Shown in pieces: positions 8,262 to 17,520 of a stretch of 64,000 nt of DNA. A program made the translations under genes and the position numbers. The stretch is from a bacterium UBP1_UBA4783. Its GTDB lineage: Bacteria; Krumholzibacteriota; Krumholzibacteriia; Krumholzibacteriales; Krumholzibacteriaceae. Location: assembly GCA_002403075.1 (NCBI GenBank), contig DHHB01000082.1, positions 32,213 to 96,212 on the forward strand. Direction: 5' to 3'. The notes beneath the pieces are model-generated. The model saw nothing but the letters and a program-made list of their open reading frames with translations. It was not told the DNA's origin and did no database searches. The first letter of the stretch is position 1. Each line of letters starts with the position of its first letter.

Positions 8262-10223
8262 ATGACGAGACGAGCGACGATTGCAGCCGCCACGCTGACC
8301 GCGGCCGTTACGGTCTTCGGGTGCGTCGCCGCCGCCGCGGGGGCGGAGGCGCCGCCGTTCGCCTTGAGGACGCTCGACGGGAGCGAGGCGGTCGAATCGA
8401 GCGCCCTCTTCGCCGAATACGGACACGTCTTTCTCGTGTTCTGGAGCGGGGGGTGTCCCCACTGCGTCGAGGCGCTCCGCGGGGCGCAGGCGTTTTACCG
8501 GCGATACGGAGGGCCTGACGTCGCGGTTGCGGGCGTCAACGCGGACGAGGGGGATGTATTGGCGTTGCGGCGGACGATCGAGACGAACGGGATCGCGTTT
8601 CGGCAGCTCCGCGATCCCGGAGGGATCGTGTCGGGGTCGTACGGCGTTCCGTTCGAGACGCTCGTGATCGTGCATGTCGCGGGCGGGACCGTCGCGGGGA
8701 CGCGCATCGATCCGGGAGGGGCCATCGACGGGGCGATGGAGGAGATGCTCCTCGGGGACGCGGCGCCGTCCCCGGACGCGCCCGAAACCACAGGAACCGG
8801 GGCCGCGGCGGCAACCGAAATCGCAGAAGAGAACGGCAAGGTTGTCTTCGGCTCGTCGATCCGCGGATGGTCGCGGATCCGGTTTCTCGATATCGATTCG
8901 CGCGGCGAGGAAGCCGCCGGGCTCTACGGCGAGCCGGTGCGGCCCGGCGGCCGGGTCGATTACCGTGTCGAAATCGAGGCCTCAAAACGCGTCGCGGCGC
9001 ATCTGCGCGCCGGCGCGCTCCTGCGGATAAGCAACGAGGGCGAGAGAGTGCTCGAGTCGGGGCCGAAGTATCTCGGCTCGCCGTTGGGGAGCGCCTTCGC
9101 GGAGATCGACGCGGCCGCGTTCACGTTCAGGCTCGGCTATTACTCGATATACATGACTCCCCTCACGCTCATGCGCTGGGATTGGGACGACAACCCGCGG
9201 GTCGGGGGCGACGCGGGATGCGGATGCGGCGCCTCGGCGGGGACGCTCCTCGTCGAGAGCCTCGACGATCTCGCGCCCGAACTCACCTTCGAGGGTGCGC
9301 TCGCGGGGTACGCGTTTTCGGGCGGGGAGATTCGGGCCTTTTACGCCATTCCGCGTCGAGCTCGGGAGACGCCCCGAGGCGCGTGGATAACGGGAGCGGA
9401 GGAGCGGGCGCGATACTCCCTCGAGATGTTCGGCGCCGAATGGCGCTGGCAGCGAGTCTCGCGCTTTTCCGGAGAAGCGTGGAAGCTCGGCGCGCGCTAC
9501 GTCGGAAGCCGCGAGCTCCGGCACAGCGTCGATTTCGTGGAGCTCGGCTACCCCGCGTACGATCCGTGGTGGGAATCGGGCATCGCGACCGTTTCGTTCG
9601 AAGCTCCCCTCGCCGGTTTCGTCCGGGCCCGGGCCGAAGGCGTCGTGTGGAACAGGGCGACCCAATACGGCCGCGGAGCTTCGGGGGACACGATCGCCTT
9701 CCGCGACGACGGCCGCGCCGGCGTCGCCGGCATCGTATTCGACGGACCGCGCGGCGCCTCGCTCACGATCGATTACCTGCTGCTCGATCCCGGTTTCTTC
9801 GCGCCCTTCGCGGCCCTTTCGTACGAGCCGAACCGGGAAGGGTATCGGGCGTCGGCGCGCGCGCCCCTCGCGCGCTCGAAGGTCGACGCCGATCTCTTCT
9901 ACAAACGCGTGCGCGAGCACACGCCGCTCTTCGGAGCCGAGCGGGCCGAAATAGAAACCGCGGGCATCTCGATCACCGGGGATCTCGGCGGCGGGTTCGG
10001 CGCGACGGCGGGCTGGATCGAGGAGAGCGACGAACGCGGCGGCGCGGTTTTTCCCTATAGCCTGTCGCGGCGGGCCGTCGAGGCGGGGCTGCAGTTCGGT
10101 TTCGCGAAGAGCGGCGTCGTCGAGCTGCGCTACAACCGCGTTCGAAGTGAAGAGTCCTCGCCGTCCGCGTCCTCGCGCGCGACGGCCGACCTGTACGCCC
10201 TCTACACGACGATCCGTTTCTGA
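8262..10223 (+). CDS. Secreted thioredoxin-like (TlpA/redoxin, CxxC) domain fused to a ~450-aa C-terminal domain ending in an aromatic residue, i.e. beta-barrel-like.
   Basis: Signal peptide, then WSGGCPHC redox motif in a TlpA-like N-domain. The C-terminal region is Gly/aromatic-rich and ends ...LYALYTTIRF. RBS GGGAGG lies 11 nt upstream. Confidence 0.6.
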   Translation: MTRRATIAAATLTAAVTVFGCVAAAAGAEAPPFALRTLDGSEAVESSALFAEYGHVFLVFWSGGCPHCVEALRGAQAFYRRYGGPDVAVAGVNADEGDVLALRRTIETNGIAFRQLRDPGGIVSGSYGVPFETLVIVHVAGGTVAGTRIDPGGAIDGAMEEMLLGDAAPSPDAPETTGTGAAAATEIAEENGKVVFGSSIRGWSRIRFLDIDSRGEEAAGLYGEPVRPGGRVDYRVEIEASKRVAAHLRAGALLRISNEGERVLESGPKYLGSPLGSAFAEIDAAAFTFRLGYYSIYMTPLTLMRWDWDDNPRVGGDAGCGCGASAGTLLVESLDDLAPELTFEGALAGYAFSGGEIRAFYAIPRRARETPRGAWITGAEERARYSLEMFGAEWRWQRVSRFSGEAWKLGARYVGSRELRHSVDFVELGYPAYDPWWESGIATVSFEAPLAGFVRARAEGVVWNRATQYGRGASGDTIAFRDDGRAGVAGIVFDGPRGASLTIDYLLLDPGFFAPFAALSYEPNREGYRASARAPLARSKVDADLFYKRVREHTPLFGAERAEIETAGISITGDLGGGFGATAGWIEESDERGGAVFPYSLSRRAVEAGLQFGFAKSGVVELRYNRVRSEESSPSASSRATADLYALYTTIRF

Positions 10224-10272
10224 GGTGCGCGCGGAGACGGGACGGCTCGGCGCTCGGGGGGCCGCGGCCTCG

Positions 10273-10857
10273 TCACCGGTAGAGGCTCTTGATCATTCCC
10301 CAGGTGAAGCACTCCGCCGCGATCACCGAATCGAGCTTGAGGTAATCGGCCCAGAAAGCTCCCGCGATCGGGGAGCCGGAAACGTACTCGAGCCGCAGCG
10401 TGCACGAGCTTCCGTATATCAGCAGGGGGCTGCTCCCCGCGGCGTTTATAACCCGTCCACACACGGTGTAATCTCCGGTTCCGGCGAAGGTGAACGCGAT
10501 GGTTTGGAGCCCCGTGTCCTCGAGGTCGCTGTACGAGAGATGCATCGTGTAGGTGACGCCGATCTCCCCCCAACATGCGAGGGTGGCGGCGTAGGTGCCG
10601 AAGCTCGACATCGCGAAGTCGTATTCGACCCACTCTCCCGGCGCGCCGAGCCCATGAAGCCTCGTGTCCACCTTGCGGATGGGATCGAAGTCGACGTCGC
10701 GACAGCGGGAAAAATTCTCGGCCTCGAGCGTGACGCTGACGGCGCCGGCATCGGCCGGTATCGCGCAGAGACCCGCGACGGCCGCGAGAGCGGCGGCGAC
10801 GGCGAGCGTCACACGGCGCGCGCGCCGCCGCGGGCGTATGCCGTTTCTCGATTCCAT
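10273..10857 (-). CDS. Secreted beta-sandwich protein, CBM6/35-like or galactose-binding-like, paralog A. Possible Tat-type signal RRRARR.
   Basis: Signal peptide, then ...TLEAENF...GEWVEYDF...FWADYLKLDSV, a carbohydrate-binding-module-like pattern. It has the same length and pattern as the adjacent paralog. Confidence 0.5.
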   Translation of the reverse strand: MESRNGIRPRRRARRVTLAVAAALAAVAGLCAIPADAGAVSVTLEAENFSRCRDVDFDPIRKVDTRLHGLGAPGEWVEYDFAMSSFGTYAATLACWGEIGVTYTMHLSYSDLEDTGLQTIAFTFAGTGDYTVCGRVINAAGSSPLLIYGSSCTLRLEYVSGSPIAGAFWADYLKLDSVIAAECFTWGMIKSLYR

Positions 10858-10894
10858 GATCGCGTCGAACGAAAGCCGGCGTATCGCGGCCTCG

Positions 10895-11413
10895 TCACCG
10901 GTAGAGGTTCTTGATCGTTCCCCAGGAGTGCGATTCGGCTGCGATCGTCGATTTGAATTCGATGTAATCGGCCCAGAACTGCCCGCCTGAGATATACGTG
11001 AGCCTCGCGACGACCGGGCTTCCGTACATTTCGACGGCGCCGCTCCCGGCGGCGTACACCTCGGTGCCTCAATGGTTGCAATCGCCCTTGCCGGTGAACG
11101 AGAAGTAGATCGTCTGGTTTCCGATCACCGATCCGTCGTAGACGGTGAGGCTGAGGGAGTACGGCATGTTGAGCTCGCCCCAGCAGAGCATCAACACCTC
11201 GTAGACGCCGAAGTCGCCCGTCGTAAATGTATACTGCGTCCATTCTCCCGCGGCGCCGAGGCCATAGAGCCTGCCGCCGATCGAGCGGATGACGTCCCAA
11301 TCGACGTTGTGGCTGCTCGAGTACGTTTCCGCTTGGACGGTGATCTTGACGGCCTGCGCGGCTTCGGGGCGGCAGGCGAGGATCAGAACGAGCATGGCGG
11401 CGATCGCTTTCAC
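10895..11413 (-). pseudogene. Paralog B of the secreted beta-sandwich protein, interrupted by a single in-frame TGA (complement of 11069-11071) that aligns exactly with a Cys of paralog A. It is either a nonsense-mutated pseudogene or a selenoprotein with a CxxU motif.
   Basis: Translation continues in the same frame past TGA to ...FWADYIEFKSTIAAESHSWGTIKNLYR*, which aligns end to end with paralog A. Local context is GDCNH-TGA-GTEVY in B versus GDYTVCGRVIN in A. Confidence 0.5.
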
Positions 11414-11560
11414 ACGGCATCACGCTCCACGAACCTCGATCCGTCGGATCGAAGCCGGCGAAGTCCTCATCTTTATTGTATCGGGCGCTGAGCGGGGAGT
11501 CAATGGGATCCCTCATCTCGCTCATCGTCGCGCGCGCGGCGTTCCCCGCGGCCGCGGACG

Positions 11561-13264
11561 CTAGGAGACGAGCAGCGTCGAGACGATGATCTGCGCGAGG
11601 ATGATCTTCGCGATCATCGAGGCGGGATAGACCGCCGCGTAGTAGATGTTCGGCAGCTCGTTGTCCGTTTGCTGGTTCGCGTAGGCGAGCACGGCGGGCT
11701 GAGTGTGCATCCCCGAAACGATCCCCATCACCGCGGAGAGCGGAAGCCGGAAGAGCCTCGTGCAGACGACCACCGCCGCGACGGACACGAACGTCGTGAT
11801 GAGCGCGCCCGCCGCGATGAGCCCCCAGCCCCCGGATTGGAAGGTGGCGCCGAAGCCCGGCCCCGCCTTCGTACCGATCCCCGCGAGAAAGAAGACGAGC
11901 CCCACCTGCCGGATGACGAGGTTCGCCGCGAAGGGGAGGCCCCAGACGACCGGTCCCGTCCGCTCGAGCTTGCCGAGCACGAGTCCGACGATGAGCGGGC
12001 CGCCGGCGAAGCCGAGACGGAACACCATGCCGTTCGGAAGAGGGAGGGCGATCATGCCGAGGAACACGCCGAGCACGATGCCGAGCGAGAGGGAAAGGTA
12101 GTCGGTCTCGGAGATCGAGCGGAGCGAGTCGCCGAAAAAGCGCGAGATCGTTTCGATGTTCTCCCGCCTCGTGACGACGCGGATGCGGTCCCCGGATTCG
12201 AGGATCGTGTCGGGGCCGGGCACGAAATCCACGTCCCCCCGGCGAAGGCGCGTGATCGTCGCGTCGAAGATCGTGTGGAGACGCAGCTCCCTGATCGTCC
12301 GTCCGATCACGTTCTTGCTCGAGACGAATATGCGCCGGTAGGTGACCTGCCCCGAGGTTTCGGGAAGATCCTGCGTGCTTCGCTCTCCGAAGAGGATGCG
12401 GGCGCGTTCGAGCGCTTCCGCCGGCCCCACCGCGACGATGAGATCGCCCTTCGAGAGCGTCGTGCTCCCGAGGACCACCGATATCGCGTCCCCCTTCTGG
12501 ATCCGGCTGAGAACGAAGCCCGGCTCTCCGAGCGCGGAGAGCGTTTCGGCGACGGTCTTCCCCTCGACGGCGGGGTTCGTAACGCGGAAGGTTCTGCTCT
12601 CGATCGCCTCGGCGCCCGATTCGCGCATATGCTCGGCCGCTTCCTTCGAGAAGTCCGCGCGGAGGAGCTTCGTGAAGACGAAGAGCCAGAGTATCACGCC
12701 GAGCACGCCGAACGGATACGCGAGACCGTAGGTGACGACGGGGCTCTCGAGGTAGAGCTCGAGGAGCGACGGGTCTATCGCGCCCCTCATATTCTCGATC
12801 GTTTCGACGGTCGCGGCGAGGGCGGGGGTATTCGTGAGCGCCCCGCAGAACAGCCCCGCCGCGCTCGGCGCCGGCAGCCCGAGGGCGAACTTCAGCGCGA
12901 CAGCCGCGCCGGCGCCGGCGGCGAGAATGATTATCGCCGCGACGTTGAGACGCAGTCCCCGCTTCCTGAATGATCCGAAGAATCCAGGGCCGGCCTGAAG
13001 GCCGATGGCGTAAACGAAAAGGACGAGCCCTATAACATATATATAGTCGGGTAGGGCGAGCCGACCGTCGACGGCGCCGAAGGCGATCCCCACGAAAAGG
13101 ACCGCCGCCACGCCGAGCTTGAAGCCGAAAATCCTAATATTTCCAACGAGATAGCCGAGTCCTATCACCGTGAACAGGAGCAGGATCGTGTTGGATGCGA
13201 GCACGTCGGCCGGGCCCTGCATGAATCCCGGGAGGGTGGCGAAGGTGAGGATCGAGCCGCTCAA
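11561..13264 (-). CDS. YidE/YbjL/AspT-family (AAE) putative transporter with two central RCK_C (TrkA-C) domains.
   Basis: Duplicated TM halves flank two soluble TrkA-C-like segments. Length is 567 aa. Confidence 0.7.
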   Translation of the reverse strand: MSGSILTFATLPGFMQGPADVLASNTILLLFTVIGLGYLVGNIRIFGFKLGVAAVLFVGIAFGAVDGRLALPDYIYVIGLVLFVYAIGLQAGPGFFGSFRKRGLRLNVAAIIILAAGAGAAVALKFALGLPAPSAAGLFCGALTNTPALAATVETIENMRGAIDPSLLELYLESPVVTYGLAYPFGVLGVILWLFVFTKLLRADFSKEAAEHMRESGAEAIESRTFRVTNPAVEGKTVAETLSALGEPGFVLSRIQKGDAISVVLGSTTLSKGDLIVAVGPAEALERARILFGERSTQDLPETSGQVTYRRIFVSSKNVIGRTIRELRLHTIFDATITRLRRGDVDFVPGPDTILESGDRIRVVTRRENIETISRFFGDSLRSISETDYLSLSLGIVLGVFLGMIALPLPNGMVFRLGFAGGPLIVGLVLGKLERTGPVVWGLPFAANLVIRQVGLVFFLAGIGTKAGPGFGATFQSGGWGLIAAGALITTFVSVAAVVVCTRLFRLPLSAVMGIVSGMHTQPAVLAYANQQTDNELPNIYYAAVYPASMIAKIILAQIIVSTLLVS

Positions 13265-13498
13265 GAAGGAACCTCAATATCGAATGGCGGTTACCGTCGG
13301 CGGCGTCCAAAGCGCGCCTGCGGAGCCGCTTTTCTCGGGCTCATGCCTCGGAATCGGCGGCTCGACGACACAGATATGAGGCGGAAGGCACAAAGTCAAG
13401 AGCTTTGTGGCAGTTGCGCCCTTCGGGGCCGCGGCCGACGCCGCGGATGGCGCGGGGCGGCCGCTCGGAACCGGCCGGCCGGCGGATACTCCGCGCTC

Positions 13499-15424
13499 TC
13501 AGCGGCTCTCGGGAGAGCGTCCGAAAAGCCGGACCGCCGCAGCGAGCGCGGCGGCGCCGAGCGCGAGGGAGACGGCGCTCGGAACGCCGAAGGCCGCCGG
13601 CATATATCCGAAGATGACCGCGGCGGCGGCCGCGGCGAGCGCGTAGGGAAGCTGCGTGCGCACGTGATCGACGTGATCGCAGGATGCGGCCATCGAAGAC
13701 ATGATCGTCGTATCCGAGATGGGAGAACAGTGATCGCCGAAGACGGAGCCGGTGAGGATCGCCCCGATCGAGGCGCCGAGGATCGTCTCGAACGCGCTTC
13801 CTGAGATTCCGGCGGCGCGCGCGGCGCCGAAGGCGAGCGGCACGACGATCGGCGTGAGAATGGACATCGTGCCCCACGAGGTTCCCGTCGAGAACGATAT
13901 CCCCATCGCGACGAGGAAGACGACGAGCGGCAGGAAGCGCGGATCGAGAACGCCGGAAAGCGCGTGAACGAGGTAATCGGCGGTGTGCAGCTGCGTGCAC
14001 ACCGATCCGATGCACCACGCGAGCACGAGTATGACGATGGCGATGAGCATCGAGCGGATGCCGTTCATCCACGCCGCGATCGTTTCGGTGAGGGTGAGAA
14101 GGCGCTGACCGAGCGCGAGGATCGCGGCCGCGAGACAGCCGGCCGTCGAGCACCAGAGCAGCGCGACGAAGGAGTCCGCTTCCTTGAGGGCGTCGAGCAT
14201 GCCGCCCGTTTCGCCGCGCGCGGCGAGCGCCGCCCGGCCCGTGACGACGAGCCCGGCGAACGCGACGCCGACGACGACGAGGATCGGGACGAGGCCGTTC
14301 ACCCAGAGCGGCCGCGCCCGAGGCCCCGGCGCCGCGCTCTCGGCGTCGATGTTCGAGAGGAGCACCGCGCCGTCGGCGGCCGTCTTGCCCGTCCGGCGCG
14401 CGCGCCGTTCGGCCGCGAGCATCGGGCCGAAATCGCGGTTCATGAGCGCGACGAAGAGCACGAGGAGAACGGCGAGGATCGAATAGTAGCAGTAGGGGAT
14501 GGCCGCGACGAACGCGGCGAAGGGGTTCCGGTCGACGCCGAGGGAATCGAACGACTGCCCGATGAGCGAAACCTGAAACCCGATCCAGCTCGTTATCACC
14601 GCGATCGACGTGACCGGGGCGGCCGTCGAATCGACGATGTAGGAGAGCTTCTCCCGCGAGATGCGGAGCCGGTCGGTGAGCGGCCGCAGCGAGTTGCCGA
14701 CGATGAGCGTGTTCGCGTAATCGTCGAAGAAGATCGCGACCCCCATGATCCAGCCGGCGAGCTGTCCCCGGCGCGGCGTCGTCGCGAGGCGCGACACCCG
14801 GTCGACGATCCCCTGCATGCCTCCCATCCGGTACATGATGCCGACCATGCCGCCGAGCATCAGCGTGAAAACGACGATGGAGACGTGATCGCTTCCCTGC
14901 GAGGGATCGGACAGCGCCCGGATCACGTCCCGGTCCGCGATCCTGAGCAGCGCGGAGAGGGGGCGGTAGCCCTCGAGGAAAAAGTTGCCGAGCCAGATGC
15001 CCGAAAGGAGCGCGAGCACGACCTGCCGGAAGACGAGCGCGAACGCGATCGCGACGAGCGGGGGAAGGATCGAGAACCACGCCGGAACGGCGTGTATATC
15101 CTCGCGGAGCGATCCGGCTGCGTGCGAGACGACGATCTCGTGGCGGCCCGGGCTCGGGAGCGTCACCGTGATCGCCGCGGGCGGGAGAGGCGGCGCGCCG
15201 CGGTACACGACGGCGCCGTCGAGACGGGCGACGACGGAATCGGCGTGGGCCGGGAACGCCGCGGCCGGCGGCTCGTAGCGATAGGGGATGCCGGCGAGCG
15301 CGGTGCGCCGCACGGCGCCTTCCGCCGCGAGGGCGGCGCCGCCCGGCGGCGGGAGACACGAGAGGAGCACGGCGAGAACGGGAAACGCGCGGAGAGCGAT
15401 GCGGCCGGGCGCGGTTCGTGTCAC
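13499..15424 (-). CDS. NhaC-family Na+/H+ antiporter-like membrane protein with a ~120-aa N-terminal extracytoplasmic extension.
   Basis: Signal peptide plus a long polytopic region carrying NhaC-like motifs. Length is 641 aa. Confidence 0.65.
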   Translation of the reverse strand: MTRTAPGRIALRAFPVLAVLLSCLPPPGGAALAAEGAVRRTALAGIPYRYEPPAAAFPAHADSVVARLDGAVVYRGAPPLPPAAITVTLPSPGRHEIVVSHAAGSLREDIHAVPAWFSILPPLVAIAFALVFRQVVLALLSGIWLGNFFLEGYRPLSALLRIADRDVIRALSDPSQGSDHVSIVVFTLMLGGMVGIMYRMGGMQGIVDRVSRLATTPRRGQLAGWIMGVAIFFDDYANTLIVGNSLRPLTDRLRISREKLSYIVDSTAAPVTSIAVITSWIGFQVSLIGQSFDSLGVDRNPFAAFVAAIPYCYYSILAVLLVLFVALMNRDFGPMLAAERRARRTGKTAADGAVLLSNIDAESAAPGPRARPLWVNGLVPILVVVGVAFAGLVVTGRAALAARGETGGMLDALKEADSFVALLWCSTAGCLAAAILALGQRLLTLTETIAAWMNGIRSMLIAIVILVLAWCIGSVCTQLHTADYLVHALSGVLDPRFLPLVVFLVAMGISFSTGTSWGTMSILTPIVVPLAFGAARAAGISGSAFETILGASIGAILTGSVFGDHCSPISDTTIMSSMAASCDHVDHVRTQLPYALAAAAAAVIFGYMPAAFGVPSAVSLALGAAALAAAVRLFGRSPESR

Positions 15425-15431
15425 GGCGTCG

Positions 15432-16433
15432 TCATCCGATCTCCCGCAGGACGGCCGTCGCGTCGCGGCCGCTCATCCGCGCCGCCGCGCGCACGTGCTC
15501 CCAGGGCGAGTGCTTGTGGATCTCGGCGAAGAGGTCCGCGCGCCCCGACGCGCGCGCGAGGAGATCGAGGGACGCGGCGTCGGCCGAGATCATATCGCCC
15601 GCGCAGACGAACCCGACGTCGGGCGCGACGATCGGCCCCGCGTCGGCCACGCAGTCGCAGAGCCGCGAGATCCGGCGCAGGACGTTCACCGCGTACGCCT
15701 TTTTGAACCGACCCGCCGCGAGGACCGCCGCCTCGGCGAGCAGCTCGTCGAAGAGGGCGACGCGCGGCCTGATCGCGCGTTCCGGACAGACGATGGCGCA
15801 GTTGCTGCAGCCCGGGCACCACGTGATCCCGAAGCGGGGCCGGTCCCCCTCGAGAACGATATTGCCCGTCGGGCACCGCTCGACGCACGCTCCGCATTGC
15901 GTGCATCCGCCGGCGTACACGGGCTCTCCGCCTTCGTGGATGGCCCCCTTCGTCTCCTTGGCGACGCATCCCATGCCGACGTTCTTGATAGCGCCCCCCA
16001 TGCCGCATGCGACGTGCCCCTTGACGTGCGAGAGGAGCAGCACGCCGTCGGCCTCGATCGGATCGGCGGCGAGCCGGAAGGTCATCGTCTCGCCCGAAAC
16101 GGCGAGGCTCCGGTTCGATACGACGACCGGCGCGCCGATCTCCTCTTTCGTGAAGCCGCGCTCGGCCGCGCTCGCGAGGTATCCGTCCGCGGTGCCGCGG
16201 GGGCTCGCGTAGATGACGGGCGTGTCGAACAGGAACGGATCGCAGCCGCATCCGGCGAGGCAGGAGACGACGCGGCGCGCGAAGGCGGCGTCGACGGCGT
16301 AGGGATTTCCCGGCTCGCCCATGTGGAGTTTGACCGCGATCCGGTCGCGCGGCGCGAAGACGCCCGGGAACGTCCGCGCGAGAAACGCGACGAGCGCGTC
16401 GTCGTCCGCGAGGAACATCGCTTCGTGATTCAT
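15432..16433 (-). CDS. DUF362-domain protein with an embedded 4Fe-4S ferredoxin domain.
   Basis: CTQCGACVERCP and CPGCSNCAIVCP cluster motifs. The start is placed at MNHEAMF inside ORF 15432..16529. Confidence 0.65.
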   Translation of the reverse strand: MNHEAMFLADDDALVAFLARTFPGVFAPRDRIAVKLHMGEPGNPYAVDAAFARRVVSCLAGCGCDPFLFDTPVIYASPRGTADGYLASAAERGFTKEEIGAPVVVSNRSLAVSGETMTFRLAADPIEADGVLLLSHVKGHVACGMGGAIKNVGMGCVAKETKGAIHEGGEPVYAGGCTQCGACVERCPTGNIVLEGDRPRFGITWCPGCSNCAIVCPERAIRPRVALFDELLAEAAVLAAGRFKKAYAVNVLRRISRLCDCVADAGPIVAPDVGFVCAGDMISADAASLDLLARASGRADLFAEIHKHSPWEHVRAAARMSGRDATAVLREIG

Positions 16434-16522
16434 CGTCTCTCTCTCCGCGTCCGGCCGCGCGACGCGAACGAACGCGACGCGACTATAGCAAAAAAAATAT
16501 CTTCTTCGCGAATCAAAAATGC

Positions 16523-16552
16523 TTGACACATTTTTTCATGAATGAATACCAT
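16523..16552 (+). promoter_or_regulatory. Putative sigma70 promoter (TTGACA-N18-TACCAT) in an AT-rich island upstream of the Lys-rich microprotein gene.
   Basis: TTGACA at 16523-16528, and the only AT-rich stretch in this intergenic region. The -10 is imperfect. Confidence 0.35.
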
Positions 16553-16667
16553 GCCCTCGAAGTGAATTCGCGTCCGCCTCCGAACGCATCGAGCGCCGGA
16601 CGACAGAGGAGAGGCGGACACCAAGTGGCGATGGTAGGCTTTCAACCTTCACAAAGGAGTGGATACC

Positions 16668-16763
16668 ATGCCGGTAAAGAAGAAAGCAAAAGCGAAACCG
16701 AAGAAGAAAGCCAAAGCCAAAGCGAAACCGAAAAAGAAGGCAAAGAAGAAAGCCAAGAAGTAA
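16668..16763 (+). CDS. 31-aa lysine/alanine-rich microprotein MPVKKKAKAKPKKKAKAKAKPKKKAKKKAKK, 58% Lys and very basic.
   Basis: ATG sits 7 nt after RBS AAAGGAG, with a TAA stop. The AAG/AAA-rich coding sequence is anomalous in a 70%-GC genome. It is followed 40 nt later by a strong intrinsic terminator. The overlapping 206-aa ORF 16523..17143 has no RBS and spans the terminator. Confidence 0.55.
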   Translation: MPVKKKAKAKPKKKAKAKAKPKKKAKKKAKK

Positions 16764-16805
16764 TAGCACGTCTTCGCCATTTCCGACAGTTACCATCGTC
16801 ATTAT

Positions 16806-16843
16806 GCGGGAGCGGCCTTCGGGCCGCTCCCGTTTTTTATTTT
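16806..16843 (+). terminator. Intrinsic terminator: 11-bp GC stem, UUCG tetraloop, U-tract.
   Basis: GCGGGAGCGGCC-UUCG-GGCCGCUCCCG followed by UUUUUUAUUUU. Confidence 0.75.
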
Positions 16844-16847
16844 GGCG

Positions 16848-16876
16848 TTGACACGGCCCGCTCGGGGGCCATAATT
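16848..16876 (+). promoter_or_regulatory. Sigma70-type promoter TTGACA-N17-ATAATT (or N16-CATAAT) for the pdaD-speB-DHS-like operon.
   Basis: Consensus -35 TTGACA at 16848-16853 and -10 ATAATT at 16871-16876, sitting between the terminator and pdaD. Confidence 0.55.
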
Positions 16877-16959
16877 CATCTGAATCGGTTCGGCGCGCGG
16901 CGGCTTTTCGTCGGGCGCGGCCGCGGGTTGGCGCTCACCAGCCGCAAGGGGGTACCCGG

Positions 16960-17520
16960 GTGGAAGGAAAGATACCGGACAAGATCTTCCTCACGCGAGG
17001 CGTCGGCAGGCACAAGGAAAAGCTCACGAGCTTCGAGCTCGCGCTCCGCGCGGCCGGCATCGCCCAGTTCAACCTCGTGCACGTCTCGAGCATCTTCCCG
17101 CCGCACTGCGTGCTCATTCCGCGCACGCGGGGCATATCGATGATGCGCGCGGGCGAGATCGTGTACTGCGTGCTCTCGCAGAACAGCTCGAACGAGCAGA
17201 GCCGTCTCGTCGGAGCCGGCATCGGCGTCGCGATACCGACGGATCGCAAAAAGTACGGGTACATCTCCGAGCACCACGCCTACGGCATGCGCCAGGAGGG
17301 GATGGGGGACTACACGGAGGATCTCGCCGCGACGATGCTCGCCTCGACGCTCGGCATCGAGATCGACCTCAGCCGCGCGTGGAACGAACGCAAGCAGGAA
17401 TGGAAGATCGCCGGACAGATCGTCCGCACGACGAATATCACGCAGACGGCGTTCGGCAAGGAAGGGATGTGGACATCCGTCGTCGCGGCGGCGGTGTTCT
17501 GCAGCTACAAGAGCCGGTAA
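16960..17520 (+). CDS. pdaD: Pyruvoyl-dependent arginine decarboxylase.
   Basis: The PvlArgDC family pattern is present. GTG start. Length is 186 aa. Confidence 0.75.
   Translation: MEGKIPDKIFLTRGVGRHKEKLTSFELALRAAGIAQFNLVHVSSIFPPHCVLIPRTRGISMMRAGEIVYCVLSQNSSNEQSRLVGAGIGVAIPTDRKKYGYISEHHAYGMRQEGMGDYTEDLAATMLASTLGIEIDLSRAWNERKQEWKIAGQIVRTTNITQTAFGKEGMWTSVVAAAVFCSYKSR

Noticed and set aside
10809-11525. 238-aa minus-strand ORF covering the paralog-B region in another frame.
   Set aside because: Only its last ~20 codons coincide with a real frame. The paralog-B reading frame (signal peptide, CBM-like motifs, alignment to paralog A) is in a different frame and interrupted only by one TGA.
16523-17143. 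206-aa ORF beginning in the promoter region and spanning the Lys-rich microORF, the terminator and into pdaD.
   Set aside because: It has no RBS, crosses a strong intrinsic terminator and a promoter, and its Glu/Ser/Lys-rich translation is the +1 frame of the AAG/AAA repeat. The 31-aa frame with RBS is preferred.
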